64,000 bases of DNA, taken from a virus. The number at the start of each line of letters is the position of its first letter. Position 1 is the stretch's first letter. The notes beneath the pieces were generated by a model. That model had not been told where the DNA came from. It made no database searches and saw only the letters and a list, made by a program, of their open reading frames with translations. This document shows positions 46,803-55,406 of the stretch, piece by piece. The stretch lies in the IMG/VR virus record IMGVR_UViG_3300029220_000234, positions 1 to 64,000 of that record. One strand, 5' to 3'. The translations under genes and the position numbers were made by a program.

Positions 46803-48236
46803 ATGGCTGAAATTAAGAACATGCTTGCACAAATCGGTGCAATGCTGACCAATAAAAAAGATAAACCATTTTCTTACGAAGAACTTGCAGCAATGCTCAA
46901 AACCGACCCGGATGCTCTCAAGACCTTTGATGAAGTTTATAAGACTCAGGTCCTGGAAAGCCGAGAACTGCATGAGAACATGCTCCAGTGGAATTCGGCT
47001 ACTATCAAAGCAATTCTCGACAAAAAGGTCTATTTTCCGCCAGAACTCAATTCACTGATTGACCGCATCGTTGATGAACTGATTCCTGAAACGCGTCTGT
47101 ATATCTACAATGCGAAACACGGCGGTTATTACGTGAAATACTCTGCCAACCGCGATTTTGTGACGGATGTGACGAACAAAGAGCTCAATCGCTACCCGGA
47201 GGAACTTCGTCCGCAGCTTACCGGAAAGTTGATGATGGTTGATGTTTCGGAGCCGTCGTACAAGTCACTGCTCCAGAATTACGCAGAATACAAGAACGCC
47301 AAAAACGACCGCATGAAAATGCTCTACTACAACCTCTTCCGTCAGGGTCTTGATATCCTTGACCTTGACGACTTCACTTATCAGATGTTGGAGATGAATC
47401 CCATTTCTATGGGTTTCTGGCTCCCGCCTCTGGTAGGAGGGTTGTACGGTAACAAGTTCTTCAAAGTGCCGGATACGAAGATTCTTCACGTTCCCATCAC
47501 GATGCTGCAGCTTACCCGTCTTGGCTTTGAGACTCTAAATCCCGTGACGAAAGAAATCGTGAACCGCTATTGCCAGAAGGTCTTCCATCTCGACAGACAC
47601 GAAGATTATTTCATTAAGACGGGCACGTACTCCTCCAAATACGAATTCCGAAACGCTCATATCCACGAGCCTAAGGAAGTCGATGAGATGGGCGAGTATT
47701 TCCTGCTCCTAAATCATCTGACTTGCTCTATGGCAGCTCCCACGAATAACCGCAGTTTCTACGGCGCAAACACCACCAATGAGTGGGTTGTCCGAGAGTA
47801 TATCAAGGATAAGGAAAACAATCCCACCATCTACAATGGCCTGCCGCTTCATACCGAATATCGCGTGTTTGTGGATTTTGACACGAAGGAAATTCTTGGT
47901 GTGAGTCCCTATTGGCGCAGTGACGTTATGAAGAATAAGTTCAAGGAAGTCGCCAGCCCACAGGAACGCCATGATTACGTTGTCTACCAGATACACGAAG
48001 ATGTTCTGAACCAACGTTACCATGAGAGCGTTCAGACCGTTCTGAATGAGATGGAAAAGGTCATTCCTCGAATTAAGCTGACAGGGCAGTGGAGTATTGA
48101 TGTAATGCGCAATGGTGATGACTACTATATCATCGACATGGCCCTTGCTGAACATTCCGCTCTGAACGACTGCGTACCGAAAAATCTGCTTCGCGCTTAT
48201 CCTCAGCAGTGGCTGCCGGGGGAATCGAACGGCTGA
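46803..48236 (+). CDS. Hypothetical protein, possibly ATP-grasp-like
   Basis: RBS AAAAGGAGACCAAAAA-ATG. EYRVFVDFDTKEILGV resembles the ATP-grasp E.R motif. Weak. Confidence 0.4.
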   Translation: MAEIKNMLAQIGAMLTNKKDKPFSYEELAAMLKTDPDALKTFDEVYKTQVLESRELHENMLQWNSATIKAILDKKVYFPPELNSLIDRIVDELIPETRLYIYNAKHGGYYVKYSANRDFVTDVTNKELNRYPEELRPQLTGKLMMVDVSEPSYKSLLQNYAEYKNAKNDRMKMLYYNLFRQGLDILDLDDFTYQMLEMNPISMGFWLPPLVGGLYGNKFFKVPDTKILHVPITMLQLTRLGFETLNPVTKEIVNRYCQKVFHLDRHEDYFIKTGTYSSKYEFRNAHIHEPKEVDEMGEYFLLLNHLTCSMAAPTNNRSFYGANTTNEWVVREYIKDKENNPTIYNGLPLHTEYRVFVDFDTKEILGVSPYWRSDVMKNKFKEVASPQERHDYVVYQIHEDVLNQRYHESVQTVLNEMEKVIPRIKLTGQWSIDVMRNGDDYYIIDMALAEHSALNDCVPKNLLRAYPQQWLPGESNG

Positions 48237-48272
48237 TTACAAACAACTAATAACATTTTGGGAGGTAAAATT

Positions 48273-49352
48273 ATGGCCACTATTAACGACGTAAAATATC
48301 TGACAGAAGAAGGAATTTATGAATTTCTTCACAACCCGAACGAAAATTATCTTGAGGGGTTCGCGGTAGATAAGGAACCCGCTTTCTATTGCCCTAGCAA
48401 CTGCGAAGATGGAACGTATCTAAGGCTCTTCAAGGCCCCGGTTAACAGTAGGATGACAGAGTTGCTTATGCAGGATTTTAGATGGAGCGCACGAGAAGGC
48501 TGTTACAACACGCCGCTCCCTGAAGACTGCACAATCAGCTTTAAGCGTGCCGGATTTATTGCCGATTCATCCAAGTTCTGGATTCTGTCGGATTATCTTC
48601 TTAAAGTTTGCCCTAAATTGAAACCTGAATTAACAGATTTCCGTCAGCAGTTTGAACGGGCATTCTGCAAGAAAATTCTCGACGATTTCAGTATGAGCCG
48701 TGACCTAATCAATAGCAAAGAAGCAGAAGGACGTGCAGAGCAGTATGCCATCTATGCTATGCTCAAGAAGAAGCCGGTTTATCATGAATATGTAATTGAC
48801 GATGCAATGAGTATTGTTCGCAGTTTTGGCTTTAGAAGCATGGCAAACTATATCCTTGACGCGAATGATTATCTTGAAAGTGCATTAGCCAACCTCAAAG
48901 ATAGAGTAATAAGAAGCTTTGTTTTTCAAGGAGTATGGTACAGCAGACGAGCATGTGATTTTCCTAAAAAAGTTGAAGCTGCAAGACTGGCTGATAAAAT
49001 TGCACATACGTTCATTGCTGCCGACAATGACTCTCAACGTATTGCAAAAAGTGTATGTGCATATTGCTCACGGGAACTTAATGATAGAAAAAACGTGACC
49101 ATCACGATTGGAACCAGCGATGATAACGGTATTCCCGTTAAAGTTTCTTGCGATACCCTGCTTCATTATGAGCCAACCTCCAAAGAGATTTTTATCAATG
49201 TCAAATCCGCAAGCAAGAACGAACGCGAAAAAATCAATCAATACGTAAAAGATAACGGCGCTTTTGTAAGCGAAGACCTTGTTCCAATGAACCTTTTACA
49301 GTCTGTTATCTCCTACGGTTGGGAACATTGGAATCGAGATTTTCCTGAATAA
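48273..49352 (+). CDS. Hypothetical protein
   Basis: RBS GGGAGGTAAAATT-ATG. 359 aa. Confidence 0.5.
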   Translation: MATINDVKYLTEEGIYEFLHNPNENYLEGFAVDKEPAFYCPSNCEDGTYLRLFKAPVNSRMTELLMQDFRWSAREGCYNTPLPEDCTISFKRAGFIADSSKFWILSDYLLKVCPKLKPELTDFRQQFERAFCKKILDDFSMSRDLINSKEAEGRAEQYAIYAMLKKKPVYHEYVIDDAMSIVRSFGFRSMANYILDANDYLESALANLKDRVIRSFVFQGVWYSRRACDFPKKVEAARLADKIAHTFIAADNDSQRIAKSVCAYCSRELNDRKNVTITIGTSDDNGIPVKVSCDTLLHYEPTSKEIFINVKSASKNEREKINQYVKDNGAFVSEDLVPMNLLQSVISYGWEHWNRDFPE

Positions 49353-49422
49353 TAATCCTAGATATTTGTATCACTCATACAAAGCTGGAAAACTCCTGGA
49401 TTGACTTTCCCAAAAAATAACA

Positions 49423-49467
49423 GTTAAGACCACTGCCCCGAAAAGGGTAGTGGTCTTATTTTTTTGC
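49423..49467 (+). terminator. Intrinsic terminator
   Basis: AAGACCACTGCCCCGAAAAGGGTAGTGGTCTT followed by ATTTTTTTG. Confidence 0.55.
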
Positions 49468-49499
49468 ACAATACTTACCATAAATTACCAGAAAGAAAA

Positions 49500-49533
49500 A
49501 CGTTGTGCATCTGTGCGAATTGCATATAATACA
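49500..49533 (+). promoter_or_regulatory. Phage-type promoter driving tnpB (GTTGTGCATCTGTGCGAATTGCATATAAT)
   Basis: Near-identical to the helicase promoter at 37305. Confidence 0.55.
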
Positions 49534-49648
49534 AAATATAGAACGAAAGGCATCAAAAAATATCGTTGGTCGGGCAAAATCGGACCAAAAGGCTAGGGCA
49601 GCTCGGAAATACAGAAGGAGTCAAATCTAATGGAAAGGAGGCTTCACG

Positions 49649-50980
49649 GTGAAAATAACTTCAAGCTATGCCGTAGAAATAAAAAAGCAGCGGATGTTCG
49701 ATGATACTATAAAATTGTATCGTGAAGCCGTTTCTTTCTTGATTGATTGCTTTAATAAAGAATGGCTGGCAATTCAATCAGTTGATAAGGCGAAAGCCAA
49801 ATTCAACTTTGCTGAAAAGCTGGTACATACAACAAAATACAATGTAGCAAAGTATGATTTTGATGCCAAATTCTATAAGTTTCCCAGCTACTTGCGCAGA
49901 GCTGCTATTCAAGCGGCATTGGGCTCGGTAAGCAGTTACCGCAGCAACTACAAGAACTGGGAAGCTAACGGTAAGGTTGGCAATGAGCCGAAGCTACAAT
50001 GCGATAGGTTTTGTTTCCCGACTTTCTATAAAACCGTTATGTTTACTGAAAGCAATGAACCTAACCAGTGCTACTTAAAGCTGTATAGCAAAAATGACTG
50101 GGTTTGGGTTCCTGTTGCAATGCGTGCTACCGATGTGAAGTACATCACGAAATACTGGTCGCATTGCCAAAAGAGTGCTCCCACTCTCGAAAAGAAGTAC
50201 GGAAAGTATTTCCTACGCTTCGCTTTCGAAGAAGAGGTGAAGCTCTCTGATACTGAAATTCAGGATAGGCGTATCTGCGCTGTTGACCTTGGCCTCAATA
50301 CCGACGCTGTGTGCAGCATCATGACTGCCGATGGAACTGTCATTGCAAGAAAGTTTATCAATTTTGCAAGTGAAAAAGACCATCTGTATCATGTGCTAAA
50401 CCGTATTAAGCGTAAACAAAGGGAACGCGGTCCCAAGAGCACTGCCGCTATGTGGCGATACGCCAAAGCCTTGAATGATGATATAGCGAAAAAGGTGGCT
50501 GCCGCCATTACCGAGTTTGCAGTGCTTTACTCTGTCGATGTAATTGTTTTTGAACATTTATCATTTACAGGCAAAAAGCACGGCGGCAGTAAAGCACAAA
50601 AGTTGTCGATGTGGAAGCGTAATTCTATACAGGATTATATAGAACATAAGGCGCATCGCTGCGGCATCCGTATTTCGCGTATCTGCGCTTGGGGGACAAG
50701 CAAACTTGCCTTTGATGGCAGCGGTTCTCTCAAGCGTGATGAAACCAACCACGCCATTGCAGCTTTTGCAAGTGGCAAACGATACAACTGTGACCTTAGT
50801 GCGAGCTACAACATTGGCGCTCGCTACTTTGTCAGAGAGTTGCTAAAACCCTTGCCAGTGATGGTGAGGTCTCAGCTTTCGGCTAAAGTTCCGGAAGCTG
50901 AGCGTAGAATCCAAGTTACACTTGCCACGCTTAAAGTCTTGTACCCTGAGTATCAAAAACTTACGGCACAAGCAGCGTAA
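49649..50980 (+). CDS. tnpB: TnpB-like RNA-guided nuclease (IS200/IS605 OrfB family) lacking the C-terminal Zn finger
   Basis: GTG start after GGAAAGGAGG. RuvC-I RICAVDLGLNTDAVCS. RuvC-II VDVIVFEHLSF. WGTSKL. RuvC-III-like NCDLSASYNIGARYF (D..S..NI). There is no CxxC...CxxC. Confidence 0.8.
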   Translation: MKITSSYAVEIKKQRMFDDTIKLYREAVSFLIDCFNKEWLAIQSVDKAKAKFNFAEKLVHTTKYNVAKYDFDAKFYKFPSYLRRAAIQAALGSVSSYRSNYKNWEANGKVGNEPKLQCDRFCFPTFYKTVMFTESNEPNQCYLKLYSKNDWVWVPVAMRATDVKYITKYWSHCQKSAPTLEKKYGKYFLRFAFEEEVKLSDTEIQDRRICAVDLGLNTDAVCSIMTADGTVIARKFINFASEKDHLYHVLNRIKRKQRERGPKSTAAMWRYAKALNDDIAKKVAAAITEFAVLYSVDVIVFEHLSFTGKKHGGSKAQKLSMWKRNSIQDYIEHKAHRCGIRISRICAWGTSKLAFDGSGSLKRDETNHAIAAFASGKRYNCDLSASYNIGARYFVRELLKPLPVMVRSQLSAKVPEAERRIQVTLATLKVLYPEYQKLTAQAA

Positions 50981-51140
50981 GATGTACAGATGCTAACTGA
51001 GTCATTAGTTTTCTTGCGGTAGAGGTATCCATCCAGATACCTTGGCTGAGAGATTACCGTATCTTATGTTAGAACGCCGCTTCCCCTAAAAGGGGCGGGA
51101 AGCCCGCGACTTTAGTCGTGGGAGGATTCACAAGGTCTGA
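50900..51140 (+). ncRNA. Candidate TnpB omega/reRNA region (3' end of tnpB through the downstream hairpins)
   Basis: After the stop codon come CCGCTTCCCCTAAAAGGGGCGGGAAGC and then CCCGCGACTTTAGTCGTGGG. The latter is the reverse complement of the IscB-element terminal hairpin. The region ends just before module B. Position-based inference only. Confidence 0.3.
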
Positions 51141-51147
51141 CAAATAG

Positions 51148-51282
51148 GCTTGCTCAAACGTGCGATTTCACTAAAATTGTAATTGTACGATAGATAACAG
51201 CCTTTTGGCCTAAATGCGTACAATTCATATTCTGCAAAGAATCAGCAGACTCACCATCTCGGTGGGCCTGCTTTTTGTTTTG
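51148..51282 (+). promoter_or_regulatory. Promoter-leader-terminator module B
   Basis: CTTGCT...GTGCGAT...GTACGATAGATA(51185)...GCGTACAATTCATATTCTGC...hairpin AGCAGACTCACCATCTCGGTGGGCCTGCT plus TTTTTG. It is followed by a 6-codon mini-ORF (MKIIPN) before the real gene. Confidence 0.6.
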
Positions 51283-51359
51283 CAAGCAATAAAAGGAGTA
51301 ATGAAAATTATACCGAACTGAACAAAATCTAAAATCACACAACAAAAGGAGAAGTAATT

Positions 51360-52202
51360 ATGTATTGCATTCAGTATGACGAAATCTGCAAAATGCACGG
51401 CTTTGAGATTGAACATGATGCTCATGGTGACGGAGTAACCCTCAAATACCCAGCAGGTCATACCCCGAAAAAATCCTTTCGTCTTTCTCAGAATCATCTT
51501 TCTGAGGAAGTATCGGCTATGGCTGAAAAGTACCGCAGTGACAGCTTTGCCATGTTTATATTTAGAGCTGCTGCGGCGGCGGGAAACACCATCAGTCTTT
51601 CCGAGACTATGGAGGAAAACAAAAAAGTTTCCGCAGCTCTCTCTGATTTAGCGGACGACCTGAAACAAGCAGAGCTGGAAGCCAAGACTTGGGTTTGCAC
51701 CGACCCTGATACATGCCAGTGGCGGCGTCAGGTTGGCGGAACTCGATACGAGCTGTACGACATTTTCGAAGCTCCGAATGGCACTTATTTTGCTGTTCAC
51801 GGTGAAGTTGACCCGACCGAGCTTGACCCAGATGACTACGACCAACTGCTTGAGGCTTATTCCGGCTTGCTGGACTCTGCCAACTGTGAGAGCGAACGCT
51901 GGGCACTCATTGCGGAAGCACAGTTTGAGACCGAAGAACTTTCTATGGAGCGTGAACGCTTTTCGACTTTCGAAGGAGCTGAAAGAGCGATTCGGAAAAA
52001 GGTTGGTGCAGACGTTTCAGATAAGAATGCTGTGACCGAAACTCGTCTCGATGCGATTCGCAAGCTCGATAAGCTGCGTCTTGCCATCTTTTTGAACGAT
52101 GTTCGCAGAGGCGTGAAAGACTTTCCTTCCGATAACATGAGCTGGTGTGACTGGCTTAGCAAACCGGATGACGGACATTTGCTGGATGTGAAGCCTGTTT
52201 AA
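51360..52202 (+). CDS. Hypothetical acidic protein
   Basis: RBS AAAGGAGAAGTAATT-ATG. 280 aa. Confidence 0.5.
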   Translation: MYCIQYDEICKMHGFEIEHDAHGDGVTLKYPAGHTPKKSFRLSQNHLSEEVSAMAEKYRSDSFAMFIFRAAAAAGNTISLSETMEENKKVSAALSDLADDLKQAELEAKTWVCTDPDTCQWRRQVGGTRYELYDIFEAPNGTYFAVHGEVDPTELDPDDYDQLLEAYSGLLDSANCESERWALIAEAQFETEELSMERERFSTFEGAERAIRKKVGADVSDKNAVTETRLDAIRKLDKLRLAIFLNDVRRGVKDFPSDNMSWCDWLSKPDDGHLLDVKPV

Positions 52203-52214
52203 TTGTGTAATTTG

Positions 52215-52250
52215 CTGTTTGTCGCAAAATATGGTATAATAGAAATGAGG
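52215..52250 (+). promoter_or_regulatory. Extended -10 promoter (TATGGTATAAT)
   Basis: TGnTATAAT immediately upstream of the zeta-like kinase RBS GAGGTGATACC-ATG. A different promoter class from the phage consensus. Confidence 0.45.
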
Positions 52251-52257
52251 TGATACC

Positions 52258-52815
52258 ATGAAAATTTATACTCTGATTGGCGGCGTAAACGGCGCAGGTA
52301 AATCCAGCTTAACAGGTTCGTTGCGCTCTGAGCGTAACGATTTTGGCATCGTGGTAGACCCCGACAAGCTGACTGCTCAGTGTGGTGGTGACGAATACGA
52401 AGGCGGCAAACTTGCTGTCGAACGCATCGAGCATGCTCTGAAAGACGGCGTGAATTTTACGCAGGAGACAACTCTTTCCGGTGGATACCCAAAACGCCTT
52501 TGCAAGCGTGCAAAAGAAGCTGGGTATTATATTCGTCTGTACTATGTCGGTCTTGATACCGCCGAAGAAAGCATTCGGCGAATCCGGAACCGTGTAGAGC
52601 GTGGGGGACACGATATTCCCGCTAAGGATGTTAACGCCCGCTTTTCTCACCGTTTTGAGGATGTCCTCAAAATTTTGCCGTACTGCGATGAAGCTAAGTT
52701 TTTCGATAATGACAATGGATTTGTGCTTGTTGCGGAATATCGCAACGGGCAGCTTCTTCCTATTGGAACATATCGACCAACTTGGCTCAGTCAACTTCTG
52801 AATCAAGCCCAATAA
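52258..52815 (+). CDS. Zeta-toxin / AAA_33-like P-loop kinase
   Basis: Walker A GGVNGAGKSSL, and VVDPD, in the same order as zeta/UNAG-kinase family proteins. 185 aa. Confidence 0.6.
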   Translation: MKIYTLIGGVNGAGKSSLTGSLRSERNDFGIVVDPDKLTAQCGGDEYEGGKLAVERIEHALKDGVNFTQETTLSGGYPKRLCKRAKEAGYYIRLYYVGLDTAEESIRRIRNRVERGGHDIPAKDVNARFSHRFEDVLKILPYCDEAKFFDNDNGFVLVAEYRNGQLLPIGTYRPTWLSQLLNQAQ

Positions 52816-52849
52816 CATTTTTGCCGTTCACCTTCGGATGAGCGGCATT

Positions 52850-52992
52850 TTTTGTTTGCTATACTGTGCGAACGGTATAAAATAGTAGTTGTACGATAGA
52901 TACCATCTACTTAGGCGCATCCAGCGTTCGTACGATTCACAATTCTGCTTTAAGGCGGATTTCCCGGTTTTTGGGAGGCCCGCCTTTTTGCA
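52850..52992 (+). promoter_or_regulatory. Promoter-leader-terminator module C
   Basis: GTGCGAACGG, TATAAAAT, GTACGATAGATACCAT(52890), TTCGTACGATTCACAATTCTGC, hairpin AAGGCGGATTTCCCGGTTTTTGGGAGGCCCGCC plus TTTTTG. Confidence 0.6.
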
Positions 52993-53014
52993 TTCACAGA
53001 AAGGAAGATTGAAA

Positions 53015-53578
53015 ATGACCGTTTACGATTACCGAGAAATCACCCTAAAAGATGACTTGTGCCTCGAAATAAGCCGTGACACGGACATCGAAAACTCACG
53101 CGAAAATGACTGCAATGCAGCCACTTTCTATTGTCTTAAAAGCCCTCGCCACAAGATAGGCGATATCATCGACAGTTCCTACTACCTTAGCGAAACAAAG
53201 CGGACGCTTACGAAAACAGGCGAATATGTCATTTTGCCCATTTATATCTATGAGCATAGTGGCATTGCGCTCCGCACGGTTCCGTTCCATGATGTTTGGG
53301 ATTCTGCCTGTATTGGCTTTGCGGTCGCAAACATCAAGGATTTCATGAAGCAGGGAGTTGCTGACGCACCCGTATCCCGCTTTGAAGCAATGCGCCGCGC
53401 CGAGGACTGCATCCGCAACGAACTCGAAGCATTCAGCGACTATCTGCAGGGAAATTGCTGGCAATACTGCATCACGGATGAGGACGGCAATGTCGTTGAT
53501 TCCTGCAGCGGCTTTATCGGCGATGACCTTGAAAAGAACGGTATGCTGAACTACATCTGCGATTACATCGAAAAGTAA
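53015..53578 (+). CDS. Hypothetical protein
   Basis: RBS GAAAGGAAGATTGAAA-ATG. Confidence 0.5.
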   Translation: MTVYDYREITLKDDLCLEISRDTDIENSRENDCNAATFYCLKSPRHKIGDIIDSSYYLSETKRTLTKTGEYVILPIYIYEHSGIALRTVPFHDVWDSACIGFAVANIKDFMKQGVADAPVSRFEAMRRAEDCIRNELEAFSDYLQGNCWQYCITDEDGNVVDSCSGFIGDDLEKNGMLNYICDYIEK

Positions 53579-53593
53579 GAAGGAGAAAGCACT

Positions 53594-53902
53594 ATGGAAA
53601 TCACGTTAAAAGGCAATAATGGCGAAAAGGTTGTCATCCCCATCGAAGACCTGATTCAGAAATACTGGTCTGACGAAAACAGCAAGCCCAACCGCATTGA
53701 GATGTCTGCTACGGTCGAGGATGAGACCATCCTTGCCACCATGACAATTTGCGATGAGAAGAAGGAGAACTACCTGAGTGTTGACCTTGAGAGTCGAAAT
53801 GAAAAGTTCGACACCGAAGCGCTCTGGTGTTCTCTTGAAGCTCCGAATACGCTGAATCCGTTCGTGACCGGATACTTGTATTCCGGTAGGAGGTTTATAT
53901 GA
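53594..53902 (+). CDS. Hypothetical protein
   Basis: RBS GAAGGAGAAAGCACT-ATG. Confidence 0.45.
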   Translation: MEITLKGNNGEKVVIPIEDLIQKYWSDENSKPNRIEMSATVEDETILATMTICDEKKENYLSVDLESRNEKFDTEALWCSLEAPNTLNPFVTGYLYSGRRFI

Positions 53903-54627
53903 AAACTATTACAAAGGAAATCTTCGATTCCTATATCGCAAATGACTCGGATACCGTTCTGGAAGGTGTTGTCACCAACACTTTCGGAACCACTACTTTT
54001 TGGCGCTTTGTGCGCGTTCCTTTGGCTGAGGGAGAACATTATGTCGAAGCTCTCTACGCGCAGAGCTCCTTCTCTTTCCCTCTGGCTATGGGCGTGAACC
54101 ATTTCAGCATTAAGAATGGTCTCGAGTTCATGGCGTTCATCGTTGACCACAAAGAGACCTACTGCAAGTCTGTTGAGTTTGCTCTGCTCTTTGACGATTA
54201 TAGGCAGGCTAATTCTAACTGGGTCACGGCTGAAATGAGAGAAAAGTTTCTCGCATACATCGAGAAGAACTACACTCCCTCCGCCGAGGTGATGAAGGAC
54301 AAGAGGTTTCAGTCCTTGACATACGACAACGCCATCAAGCAGTATGTTTATGACCGGAACAACGATACCACTTCGCTCGATGTGATGTTGAAACTTCTGG
54401 AGAAATTCGATGATTCTGTTGTCGTTGACTACCTTGCAAACCCCACCGGATGGGAAGAGCGGTTTGCCAAGGTTCTGGAACAGTCTGGAATTTGGGATTC
54501 GTTCGCCAAGGAGTTTGCCGAACCTTTTGTGGCATATCTGGTTCAGGCCCGGCAACATCTGGATGCGTTCAGCGCGGACCCTTCTTGCTGGGAAAGCGTC
54601 TGCAAGAATCTGATGGCTGCTGTCTAA
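53899..54627 (+). CDS. Hypothetical protein
   Basis: Coupled ATGA overlap. RBS AGGAGG. Confidence 0.5.
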   Translation: MKTITKEIFDSYIANDSDTVLEGVVTNTFGTTTFWRFVRVPLAEGEHYVEALYAQSSFSFPLAMGVNHFSIKNGLEFMAFIVDHKETYCKSVEFALLFDDYRQANSNWVTAEMREKFLAYIEKNYTPSAEVMKDKRFQSLTYDNAIKQYVYDRNNDTTSLDVMLKLLEKFDDSVVVDYLANPTGWEERFAKVLEQSGIWDSFAKEFAEPFVAYLVQARQHLDAFSADPSCWESVCKNLMAAV

Positions 54628-54652
54628 GACCGCAAAAATGGAGGAAAACAAG

Positions 54653-55225
54653 ATGAAAGTAAAAAGAATGATTGAGTCTGACGTTGATACTTTTAAGGTC
54701 GGAGACGTCATCGAGGTCAAACTTGCAGATGGTGTAAATGTACAGGCTATGGCAGTGCAGCAAGAAGAGGACGGCATGGTTTTCTGTCTAGTTGATTGCC
54801 TGCCTAGCGAGCACCCGATGAACAGCACCCGTACCAATGAAGGAGGTTACGAAGAGAGTGACCTGCGTAAGAAGCTGAATGGTGAGATTCTGAATCTCTT
54901 CCCGGTTGGACTCACGGATATGATGGCTCCGTTTGATAACGGTGACCTGCTCCGTCTGCCGACCGAGAAAGAGATTTTCGGAAAGAACTACTACGGTGAG
55001 TACGAAAGCCCGTATGTGAAGCAGTGGAAGCCTATGAAGAAGCGCAGGAACCGTATGGCATTCGATGGCACTAAGGATGAGAACTTGCAGTGGTACTGGC
55101 TGATGAACAAGGTCAGAGAATCCGCTACTTACTTCTCCCTTGTCGGCAACTACGGTTATGCGTACAACAACTACGCTTCTTACTCTTTTGGCGTTCGCCC
55201 CGCTTTCAAACTCAAGAACCATTAA
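54653..55225 (+). CDS. Hypothetical protein
   Basis: RBS AAAATGGAGGAAAACAAG-ATG. Confidence 0.5.
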   Translation: MKVKRMIESDVDTFKVGDVIEVKLADGVNVQAMAVQQEEDGMVFCLVDCLPSEHPMNSTRTNEGGYEESDLRKKLNGEILNLFPVGLTDMMAPFDNGDLLRLPTEKEIFGKNYYGEYESPYVKQWKPMKKRRNRMAFDGTKDENLQWYWLMNKVRESATYFSLVGNYGYAYNNYASYSFGVRPAFKLKNH

Positions 55226-55244
55226 CGCTTTTTGCACAAACTTT

Positions 55245-55382
55245 TCTTGACCTTTTGTACGAACGGCATAGAATAGTATTCGTACGATAGATACTATCCA
55301 CAGGGACGCTATTTGCGTTCGTACAATTTACAATTCTGCTTTAAGGCGGGCTTCCTGATTCTGGGAGGTCCGCTTTTTTGCG
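55245..55382 (+). promoter_or_regulatory. Promoter-leader-terminator module D
   Basis: TTGACC...TGTACGAACGG...CGTACGATAGATACTAT(55280)...TTCGTACAATTTACAATTCTGC...hairpin AAGGCGGGCTTCCTGATTCTGGGAGGTCCGC plus TTTTTTG. Confidence 0.6.
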
Positions 55383-55406
55383 TTCAAAAAAGGAGTGTAT
55401 TTGAAA

